Part shown: one piece after another, positions 27,071 to 39,400 of the stretch
Position numbering within the stretch: the stretch's first letter is position 1
Layout: every line of letters starts with the position of its first letter
NCBI GenBank assembly: GCA_964057225.1
Contig: OZ059896.1
Span: 8,990,001 to 9,054,000 of the forward strand
Direction of reading: 5' to 3'
Origin: Auanema rhodensis
Lineage: Eukaryota; Animalia; Nematoda
DNA length: 64,000 nucleotides
Position numbers and translations under genes: made by a program
The notes under the pieces: model-generated
The model's input: only the letters and a program-made list of their open reading frames with translations
The model's database searches: none
What the model was told of the DNA's origin: nothing

Positions 27071-29986
27071 GACTAGTCAGGTTTCAACTAGATGAAACCG
27101 AAAAGTGACCGCAGAACAATCTTATAACAGATGTTCTGAACTACTGGACAAACTGATCTAGAAGAACTTCATATGCTGGCATTGAAAATGACACAAGAAA
27201 TTGAAATGAATTTGATTTTCCGAGCAAGTGTTAAAATAGAGGAAATGAAAAAAAAAGAGAAAAAGACATTTGAAAATGAGTAAAATAAAAGGATATGGAG
27301 ATAAATCGAGAGAAATTGATAGAACAGACAGCAAATGCTAACATGTACTTCATAAAAAAAACAAAATGTACAGCATGAAGAGAAATGAGAAATTTCGGAA
27401 GCAGCTTTGCTATAAGACAGACGACGTAGCCAAAAGAAAAGATAAATTGAATGTAGGAGAAAATACGATGAGAAACCAAATTCGCTGCTGAGCAGGAGGA
27501 TATATGGGTAGTGAAAGGACAGGAGTGTGGCGAAGTAACTAATGGAATAGAGGTTCGCACGGCCAGCGATCGATGCAGTCATCGCTGCCTCAATTCAAGT
27601 GAATGTTCGCACACTTGAGGACCATCACATGAGGACATGAATTAGCTTATAAGACATCATATTTTCACGAAAATTCATATCATTATAAAATGAAAATGAT
27701 CTTACTTCCGAAAAAATGTAGGTTCGGCAACTTAAAAATGATAATTATTCAGCAATAAATTAAGAAATGAGAACATAAAAATGTCAAATGTTATTTTAAT
27801 GAATCAAAAGGAGAAGACTACTTAAATTTTAACAACAAATAATGTTGTTGAAAAGAAAAAAAGGCAATCTCGTTGTTCAACTCTAAAGATTGAAAGACAG
27901 AAAAAGGGGAGGGTGAGAGATGAAGAGATGGATGAAAGACTGGACCACGTAATGCACAACCTGCTAACCGCAGCATATAATTGGACGGATATAGGGTAGA
28001 AGAAATCAAAAGCAAATAGAGATCGAAATAATTTTGGAGTTATGAGCAAGATTGAAATAATATAAATAATGGGATTTCAAGACTACAGCCGTTTAGCTAA
28101 ATGTAAGATGTCAAGAGATGATACATGCCTAATGTAAATAATCAAGAGTGGAATATAAGAATGAGGGCAAATCGTGAAGGTGAACACACGAGGGCATGAG
28201 GACATGCATATACATACACAGGTGAAGACAGAAAGAAAATCACCGAAGGGTATGTAGGTAATATTTTGGAGCCTGAATGGGACTAAACAAGTTTTCTTCT
28301 GTTTAGTAAATAGGTATTCGAAAGAGAAAGTGGAGAACAACAAAAATCAAGAAGGATTCCCTAAGAATATTCGTGCGAGTTGGCTATTGTCGTAATATAA
28401 TAGCAAATGAAAGGTTTTTGATACAGATTATGTTGAGGAAGAAGCGTCAACGTGACACATAAACAAATGATCGAAGAAATAAACTAACATTAGATGTAAA
28501 GTGCAACAAGATGTGGAAAATATGGAACTATTAGAAACACCACATGATGATGAAGAACAGTCAGAGAAAAAAATTCAATCAACAAATCAGAGCTTGATGC
28601 CAGGTGTTTTTCGCACAAGCTTCATGCAAAATGTTACACGTTGTTTGAATAGAGTGAAGAACAAAAATTTAGTGAAGAGGAATCTTGTGAGAAACTGAGG
28701 GAGTTACGACTGCTGGTGATAACTTGGGCACGGCAAGAGCGCACTTTCCAACGCTCGACGTCTTAGAACAAATATTTAGCAAAGAGAGTAGAGTAAATGA
28801 GAGAAGAAGAGAAATGTAGAAAGAAGACATAACTTCTTCCGCGCACATATAACGCCATAAACATTGAAAACAATGCCAAACCCAGCTAATCCCGTCCCAC
28901 AAGGAAACAAACGCGTCTTCATCACTTCAAAGCGAGCTAGCAAAGAAAGAAATCGAACAGCGAAAATGCCAGATTATTCAAAATAAAGTAGAGACTATAA
29001 AACAATATATATATATATACGGATAGAAGCTCCCTTCTATTTGCAAGAAACCACATAAAACATGAACTGTAATTTTGAATTGAGATGAGGGACGGGTAGA
29101 GTAATAAAGATGATGAAGACGAGCGAAGATGATGGAAGATCACGATAAGCTTCTATGAGAGAGTGAGCGGAAATAGAAATAAGAGAAAGAAGAACATTTC
29201 ATTAAGCTGAGCTGAAGGGTTGCCACAGTGCAAATGCTTAATTAGACAATTACGGGTGAAGGGACACAGCAGGGATCACGCCTTACTATTGATTTCTTCA
29301 CTACAGATGAGCTACTTTACATTATGCCATTCAGATTATGTCCTAGGAAACTAATGAAGCCATAAGTATGAAAGCTGGACGGAGAGAAGTAAAAAGGAAC
29401 AATTGAGAAAGCGTTCTTAGGCACAACATTAAATGTTCTGTCAACAATCAATAATTATGAAATTAGAATTTGAAAAGTGAACAGGCGCAGCATTTTGTAT
29501 TTTGAGGTGACACGCTGCATAAATCTACACGGATTTTATTTCTTGTGAAATATTCTTGAAAACGTGTTGTAAACTAATTTTAATTATTTAAAATTTTATA
29601 TTTTATAGTTTCTATAAAAGTTGCAAAATTATATACAAGTTTTTTAATTTCGAATAAACCAGTTTATTACAGAATATATAATGATTCAGAGCAATAACAT
29701 GAAATTAAAATAAGTTTACAAATTTAATATTTTATACAACGTTAATAAACTTATTCATATACATTTTGAACATAGAGTAAAACAAATTATAAGCAAATAT
29801 AGCAGCTCAATTGTCTGTGTAGAGAATTAACGCCAACAGATTGGGCTTCTCTGTTGACCATATATGGAGCAAAGCCATTTTGAGCAACAGCATTTGGGTT
29901 GTGGCACATATTGTCAATAGAGCGCAGTTCCGTAGCTCATTGGATAGCTCACAGCTTACAATTGATTAAACGCTGGTTTAGAAATA

Positions 29987-29992
29987 TTTATT
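29987..29992 (-). terminator. Candidate polyadenylation signal of gon-1
   Basis: AATAAA on the minus strand, ~460 nt past the stop codon. Confidence 0.4.
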
Positions 29993-30452
29993 CAGCAACA
30001 CATATAAGTTATAAGTTAAATAATAAAGCTATTTATATAGGATCTGTTTTTTTTCAAATGTGTTAAATTATGCGTTTTATACAATTTCAAAGATGTTAAT
30101 TATATGTATTTTTAAGAAAATATGGTCATAGAATTAAAATAAGAAATAATTAGTGATTCTGAATTAAATATATAAATGAATTGGAACATATGAATGAGAA
30201 ATTCAACAATGAGAACAAAACATAGTACCAGTAAAACGCCATCAGTTGAAGTTGCAGAATATTTAAAAGTTAGAGATGCATAGTTAATAACAGGGTTCAT
30301 GAAGAAGAATATAATTTGTTTCTAAAATTTGAATTAATTCAGCATAAAGAAATAGAAATAGACTGGGAAGGCAATGCTAAAGCATAGACAAATAACAAAA
30401 AGCAAAAAAAATCAAAAAGTAATTTGGAAATAAAAAACGAATAAATGAAAGA

Positions 30453-33400
30453 CTACGATAGAGGTTGAACTTGTTTGGTATCAATCTCAAATACCAGTCC
30501 TTTGTATTTATCAGGTGAACATTTGCCACAGTAACCACCACATCGACCTTCTATTCGAGCATTATTCTGAAGAGAATTTGTACATATAATTTTTTTTTGG
30601 ATTCCAATGTCATTCAACTGAATAAAGATGTTTTTTTATGAAGAGAATCTTTTTTTCCTTCAGAATATATTGATTCTTTGACTCTAACGAAAATTTTCGT
30701 TTTGAATGTTTCCAATTCTTTTACGATTTCAACTTACAAAGGTTCTATCTATACGAGATGTGGTTCGATGTCCTTTGTCTTCCCACTGCAGATCGTCGAC
30801 TATTCTCAAGCCTGTACCAAATAAATTCACCGAAAACCGACCCTAAAAGTATTTTGTTCGGTATTTGTATTCTTAGTGTATAAAAAAAGGAAAAAAAAAG
30901 ATATTTTGATGAATAATACCTGTGGACAATCTTTCATACTGTAGCAATCACCGGCTGTTGCATATTCGACATGTGAGCCATTAATCGTTGTGGCAAATGT
31001 GAAATCATTTACTAAAAAAACGGAATAACCAGATGTGTTCAGTATAGCTTGTATTGCTTACTCTTAATTTTCCTATTTAGTAAATCAACACGTATTTTTG
31101 AAAATCGTGTAAAGCCAGCGTGTGCGTCCCCATAATCAGAACATTGACATGAGTCATTACGATCTCCATTATATGGGCATGTATGAGGATATATTAATCT
31201 GTAAATAGATTGATAAAAATAACAGATTAAAGCAAAGTTTATATATATATATTAATATTTAAGCATTAACTAACCTTTTTCCATAAACTTCTGCATAATT
31301 AGAATCAGGTAGGATGTTTATATAAGTTCCAGGAATGGTTTCATTCATACGATGGCAGTATACAACAATAGGGAATCCATCAAGTAAGACGGTATAATTT
31401 CCATCTTTTGATGCTGTTTTAGCTTGACTACGTATTTCTTGACATGTTGATGGGAGACCTAAATAAGAAAAAAAAATAACTATAGAAAAAAATGAATTTC
31501 ATGTCTATATAAAATCAATATTTGTCTTGTTTCCTATAAATAGGATTTAATTTTTGATTCAAAAGAATAATGTCTTATTGTGCTTAGAACAAAAAAAGAT
31601 CAATCACAATATTGAGAAAGACGATTTCAAACGATTCTGTCAATCTAGCATCCGAAAAGTAGTGGCTGGTTGCGGAAGGATTAGTTGAGAGCAAATGGAC
31701 AGGAAGCCGTCAAGCCGTTTTCCGAAGAGACTTTGAAAAACTCGTATTTTCAAATAAGGGAAGATTTTGAATCAGAGCTATCTTTCATAGTATTCAGAGT
31801 AATTTTTACTATATATAGATATGATATTGAAATTTAAAATTAAATTGATATTTACATCTGAATTTTGACAAAAAAAAATCTTAAAATATCACAAAAACGT
31901 ATATTGAAAATAATAATAATCAAAAAAAAAACTTTTTTAATTGCTAAACGTATTATAAATGTGAATGTGTATAGGAGATAATACTTTGTTATATCCTCTA
32001 ATAATATGTGTAAATCTAGTCGTATTGCAAGATGCAAAAATTATTTTTATCTTTGATTAGTATTTTTATTTTTCAATTTTTCTATATTATATAGTTAAAA
32101 ATAAATAGAAAATATTTCATTTTGAATATTAACCAAAACTTACAGTTTCTTTCGAAGCATGTTTGGGTTCGTTTAGGTCTTGTACTGATCGCTTCACAAT
32201 TTTGTTTAGGTACGCGATTTCCATCTCGATGGAAACAACGAACTTTTCTTCGTCGAACACCATGTCCACATGTTTTAGAACACTAGAATATGTTCATTTA
32301 ATTTATAAAATTTGTTCTGACAGCATAATTACCGCTTGCCATGGTCCGATCTGCCATTGGTATTCAGCTTCACATTCATTGAGATCGCAATCCTGCTGGT
32401 CCTTGGGCATTGGCATTGCCTCACATTTTCCCTAAACAGCTGTGACTAGATAGATTTTCAGATATGCGCGAACCTTCGGAACAGAATGCTCAGCAAGCAA
32501 ATTAGATGATTGTGATGATTTGACCAAACATTCAATTTTGCGACTCTGCGTACCTTTACCACACGTTTTCGAGCACTAAATTACGTGGGAAAAATATAAA
32601 TTTATATTTCTATATGTCATACTGTTTGCCATGGTCCTGGTACCCATTCATATGGACAACGTGTAATATCACATAGTTTTGATGTTGGAGGGGTTTTTTC
32701 AGCATTACACATTCGAGGAGCAGCCCGTTTACCACCATTGCTCATACAGTAAACTCTACGATGTTGTTGGCTCTTGGCGCAAGGATCCAAACACTAAAAC
32801 AATTCTTTGAGACTTTTCAATACAAGATGATATGAGAAAGTCAAAAGCCTTTATAACTGATACTCAATGCTAGCTAATCGATGTTTTCTGATTTTACATT
32901 ATCACGATTGCACAAATCTAACAAAGTTTGTTTGAGATCAGAAAATAGGCTCTCGCAATATTGAGTGGACATCAATCGTCTTGGTACACATCTTTGTTTA
33001 TATAAGAGACGTACCTTAGACCAAGGTGTTGTTACCCAGTTATACGCTGGACAAGCTGGCTGATAACACTTAGCTTCAGTTGGCGGCTTGGTTGAAGCGG
33101 CACATTCAGTCTCATTGGTACGTTGACGTCGTCCACGTTGACAAAATACTTCACGATGTCGAACTCCGGCTCCACATGTTACAGAACACTAAAATATTAT
33201 AACTATACTATAGTATTGTATAAGAAAATTTTGGAAATTGGAATTTTTTTTAAAAAGTTTCTAATCGCACTATAGTCAGCCTGAGTGTAATAACTTAAAC
33301 TTAAATTTAACGCATAATAAATAAAACTAAAAAATGAAATTGTGCAAATGAATGTGTTGTATTAAGTGTATATGTATGAGCATATGAAAGTGCAATAACT

Positions 33401-36400
33401 ATATGTTTTGATATAATATGTGTGATATCAATATTACATATAGTATTTTGTGATTGAATATTCTGTGATTATATGTTAACTTAAAGATAAAAAAAGGTTT
33501 TTTTTTGTAATTGTTAAACAAACCGGTCCCCATGGTGATCCTCTCCATCTCGGGCAATGAGTTACCCGACATTTATGCTCTTCAATAGGTTTTTTTTTGG
33601 AATCACATAAACTTGTAGATATAGTTGCATTAGTTGTTGTATCAACACATGCCACTAAACGTCTTCGAATTCCTCGTCCACATTTTACAGAACACTATAA
33701 AGGATGTTATGTTATAAAAAAAGGTTTTGAAGATGTTAAAATAAAAATTAAAATAGAAGATAGACAGGGTTGAGCAGGGAAGGTTTCAAGATAGAGAAGG
33801 TAAAAGCCTTGAAATGAGCATAACCTTATGGCGTGATAGTTTATAGTAAAGATTCAAGGTTATGCAATTAATTGTGCACTAAGCATAAGGTATTCTATAT
33901 TCAGAAATCACTGTCTACTACACAGTTTTCGTGAAATATTAAGATTGAAAGTATGAGAATTTCTTGTGTTATCTCATGTGAGGTAAGAAAATTCATGATA
34001 CAGTTGTTGGTTGATTGATTATTTAAAGTTATTTCGAATTTATAAAATTAATTTTCTTCATTCATTGATTGAATTTAGAAAAATCCATTAGTATATTGCT
34101 TTTGAATTGACCATAAATATAGTAAAATAGAGTTAAACTATGAATGAAGTGAGTGAAAGCAAGTAGAGAACTATGGACGATCTGACTGTTATTTGATCTG
34201 ACACATATGCTGCCCATGCAATTATGGCAATTGTTTGGATGAATATGTATGTATGTCCTACTCTTTCTTTTTCATTTCCCTTACTATGATTTGCAATTTA
34301 GATAAGGGATTTTCAAAATATAGAATTAATTCAGATATAGGAAGAGGACATATATACAAGTAAGTAAATGAACTGTTTGATTAATGATTTGAAGCCCTTT
34401 TCATTAAATACAGAGAAGCATCATGCTGAAACTGAGAGGTCCATTCCATAGTATTTGATTGTTGTTGTTGTTGTTTTGTTTTGGCAGATTTCGATGAACA
34501 TATTCTGAACTTCATGCTAAGCTTATAGAATAAAGATTACACTAATACATATAGTATAAGTATACATGCAAGCTGTACAACATATCAAAGCTTATATAGC
34601 TTAAATTGATATTAGTATATATATTGTATAATATACTAATTAAATTCATATAAAATAAATGTTTTTTTTTCTTATAACATGCAGCTTTGTCTGTCATTAG
34701 ATTCTATTATCTATAACATACATTTATGCTTTATATGCATACATAGATTTATGTCATCTTAACTATATGTATGTATGTATGTATACACATATATATAAGC
34801 TATAGATATATGAATAGAATAAAACCAAAGAATAGCAAAGAAAGACACATAAATAGTATAAATAAGTCATCTTCATCATACACATACATACATTATATTG
34901 CACAGAGACAAGGACATAGTAGAGATCCATCAGCTGATTATTATGTACCCACCGTTATGTGACTGCTGGCTTTCATTTTTCTTATTCGAATTAAATTATT
35001 TTAGAGTGTCGAAAGTCAAAATACGTTTGATATGATATGTTACATAGTTTGCAGCTCTTTTGAAGACAAAACAACATTGCAAAACCAAAGACAAAAATAA
35101 AGAAAAATAAAATGAAAAAAAAACAAGTAAAACAACAAAAAAACATATAAAACATATGCATTTCGGTGTGTGGTGCGTGTGTTTGTGTTTGTGTGTGTGT
35201 GTGTGAGAGAGAGAGTGAGTGTTTGTGTGCTCTGATAACTGTGTAAGCTGAATGAGTTCGTGCTCAAGCATAGGCTAGAAACTGATAGCAGGCTGTTTCA
35301 AAAGTCTTAACTTGCTCATTGACACAATGATGAGGAAACAGACGTTAGAAAATGGACACAGGACACGTGAAAGTGATGATGATGCGGAAAATGACGTCAG
35401 TTCATAACTGAATGCTAGCACATGGACAAAGAATTAGAATGATTTCATAGATTATATAGAATATGTATGAGATTTGAAAGAATTTGATAGTGAGAAAGGC
35501 ACGCGTGATATCGAATTTTTGCTTTTTTTCTCTCGGAATAATTGTATTTTTCTTTTTTTGTATAAGAAGTCTGAAATTTGGCGAGAACAAATAGGCAGCA
35601 GTAAACTAAACTTGAAAGCAAACTAGTGATCTAGATAGATAAATTTGCAAATTAAACTAGAGTTAGATACTGTTGGGTACTAAGAGATGAGAAGAAAGAT
35701 GCAATTTTAGCTTTTACTCACTTTGTGAGTTTATATATTCTTATGCCGGTAATACCCTTCCCCGGTTATTAGTTTATCTTCTAGTTTTCCTAAGTACGGT
35801 GCTTTCAAGAATGCCCCCCCTTCATTTTCAAATTATAAAAAGATAAGGGTTTAAGAAGGAATGATAATCGAATTTCGCATTCGTTTACGCGACGGACGAC
35901 GTCGCAAATGATGATGACGATGCAGTTGGTGTTGTTGAGAAGATGGACGACGTACCGACGACCATGCTGATGTCTGCCATTGCGGACGTAATGGTACTAC
36001 AGGCTCCTGACGTGGCGGACATGGTGCCAGCTCACAATCTCTCTGTTCCACAGGCTTCTTATCTCCACAATCCGCATCTTCTTTAGAAACGAATGTTGTA
36101 GCATCTTCGCACCATATACGACGACGCTGGACACCTCCACCGCATGTTACAGAACACTGAAAACAGATTAAACGTATGTGAAAGCCGTGCAGAAGCATGA
36201 AAACTTAAAAGTTCGAACTTAAATGATTGCTGACTCAAAGCGTTTTTAAAAAAATTGAAATGTAATTCATATATCTTTGCTAAACTCACGTGTGTCCAGG
36301 GAGATATTTGCCATGTATTATTAGATACGGGACAGGCGTGTATATTACATGCATCCAAGCTTTTAGGTTTTGTTGTTTCATCACATGCATTGGAACTACA

Positions 36401-39400
36401 TGAAACAGATCGACGACGCCATCCACTGCCACACGTCTTTGTACACTAAAGAATATAGCTTATATGGTAATTTATGTTAAATTATTATGACAAAACCTTA
36501 TCCCAATCACCAGTTCTCCATCTTCCTAATGGAGGCTCACCCTGAGGGCACGGATCAAGTTTGCAAGACTTAACAGCTGCTGGTCGATGACTAACGTCAC
36601 AGTCAATTTCGGATACATTTTGCTTAGGGTTATAAGCAACACACTGCACAGTTCTACTCTGCTGAACATGTGATCCACAAGTAGCGGAACACTGAAAATA
36701 AATATTATTAAATGACCAAGCTTCAACTTGAACATACGGGCTTCCAAGGACCACTTCTCCAGTAAGCACATGCTTTGACCTGACAGCTCTGTTGATCATC
36801 TGGTTTTTCAATGTGTCGACAGTACTCATCAGGCAAGTCGCGCACTTGATCTCGACATTTAACCTGAAATAGTTTAGTGAATACACTTATTCATTATGAT
36901 TATGAACCAATCGCTTCTGATTTCCAGTATCACAGGTTGCAGAACATGGCGTCCAAGGACCGGTAGCCCATCGAATAGCGGGAACTTCAGATAGAGGGGC
37001 AATGTAAACCGGTTGAGTAAAGCAACTATCACGTTCACAAACTTTTTGAGCTCTTGGCTTATTCTTCTAAACCAATATTCAATATTATAACAATATATTA
37101 AACGAGTAAACCTTATCACATGAATGGTCATTAACTCGATCTCTTTGAGCACCAGATGCACAGAAAACTTCACGAGTCTGAACACCGGAACCACAACTGA
37201 CAGAGCATAATGTCCACGGTGTCATTTCCCAATTGGCACAAGGGACTAGGCTAAAAAAACATTTTGTAAACTTATTTTTAGAAGAAAAAAATTAAAATGT
37301 ATTAATACTATACCTGCATTGTTGAGTTCGTTCTGGAACCTTTGATTCACCACAGAAGGATTGATCTACTACCTGATCCCGATAAACACATTCAACTGAA
37401 CGTTGACGTGATCCAGTGCCGCACGATACAGAGCACTAAAAGGTTTGTTCGTGAGAAATTCTTTATTCTGCATTGAAATACCGATGACCAATCTCCTGAT
37501 CTCCAGAATGGACAAGGACCTTGATTACAAGGTTTGTGAGAAGATGGTCGATCACCAGCATGTTGACACTGTTCAGTTGGAACATCTTGGCCACGATGAT
37601 CAGCACAAGATACTCTACGTGTTGACCAACCATCTTGACAAGAAACCTGTGATAAATTATAATTATATTTTATATAAATATTGAAAGAAATACACTGCAT
37701 GTTGTCCAATCACCAATCTTCCAAGTAGGACATGATGGACGATTACATGGTTTCTGAACAATCCGTTCACGATAATTGCATTTTCCTGAAAAGTAATTAT
37801 ATAAAGGTTGTATTAATGCATAAGAAACATGATTGATCCTTTTAAACTTTACTTACCGTTATCTAATTGACGGTTTTCACGATCAACACATTTTGCTTCA
37901 CGAGTTTGTATTCCAACTCCACATGTTACAGAACAAGTAGACCATTGTCCAAATGACCAACTAGTACATAGATGTTCATTACATTTCTCACGATCCAACT
38001 ATAGAAAATGCGAATTATTAAAAATATTATTGTTTTGTGGAAAACCTTGGTTCCGCAACGACGTGGTTCAGTTTCCCGGTCAGCAGCATCGAGACACTGT
38101 GCATGTCGCATTCGAACACCACCATCGCAAGAGCGTGAACACTGAAAAATTTAAATTGAACGTATGTATAATTTAGAACTTGTTTGAATAGTATAAGAAA
38201 CTTACTTCTGACCAGTGACCATATACCCAACGTGGACATGCTTGCTGAACACAGTTTCGAGAAAGAGTTTCAGTTTGAAGACCACAATGCATATCATCTA
38301 TACGGCGCCCACGATCATCCAAACACGAAGCATTTCTAGTGGAAACACCAGATCCACATGTGACAGAGCACTAATAACAGTAATTGGAATAAGAAGATTA
38401 GACTATAACATACCGGAGTCCATTCTGTGTAAGCCCAACGTCTTCCAGAACAATCAATATAGCAAGTAGCTCGTTCAGATGGCCTTCTAAACGGCGTATT
38501 TGTCATTTTTACTATCTTTAAAGTATGAAAACATACGTATTACGATCACAATCGGATTCTCTTGCAGGCGATGTTCTTCTATTTGCATCAACACGAACGC
38601 ATAATACCCGAAGTCGCTTTTCACCGGCTCCACATTGGGCTGAGCATCGTGAAATATCTTCTGTGTGCCATCTAAATTTTTATTTTAATTCATTTCCATA
38701 GTTTGAATAACTAACTTGATAGTACAATCTATATTGCACATACGTGTATTTATTTCTGGTTTACGTGTTTTACAATTTCTTTCATTTGAAGGACGATTGG
38801 TCATAGCATCCACACATGTAAGCTCTTGACGTTGACTTCCTTGACAAACCTTGTCACATTCTGACCAGCGTTCACCGTGTCTCCAAAAGTATCCATGAAC
38901 TGGTGGACGTTGTTTATTCTCAACAGCTGTCATATATTCATAACTGATATCAGGAGGAAATAGATTTCCCACAGATAAAACATGAACATATATATCCGAT
39001 CTAAAATAAGAAATATTGTTTATATGCTATTGATGAATTCAAATAAACAAACTAACCTTATAGGGCCAGTTCCATTAATACGCTCAACAACGTTATCACT
39101 ACCAGAATATTCCAGAACTACATCTTGAATTGGAATATGTTGACGGAAGACACTGACTTGGAAGTGTCCGTTCAATAAGAATTCTCCATTTGCAGCTCGT
39201 AAAGCTAAAACAACGTATTCAATGAAATTATATGAATAAATAAATTTACAGAGATAGTTATCATCATCTTTTTGATTGTTGTATCCATGTTGTCGAATAT
39301 CAATATTTGCTGATCCAGCTGGAATTTTCATTACCTATAACCAATAAGTTAGATGAAGTCTTGTTTATGTATTATGAACCTCATTATAACCGAATGAGCC

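Noticed and set aside
29925-29995. tRNA-like string GTTCCGTAGCTCATTGGATAGC
   Set aside because: The D-stem does not close, and there is no TTCGA T-loop/B-box or acceptor stem, so it is not a tRNA.
35293-35300. CTGTTTCA piRNA Ruby motif
   Set aside because: Single intronic copy (the other copy noticed is within coding sequence); no cluster.
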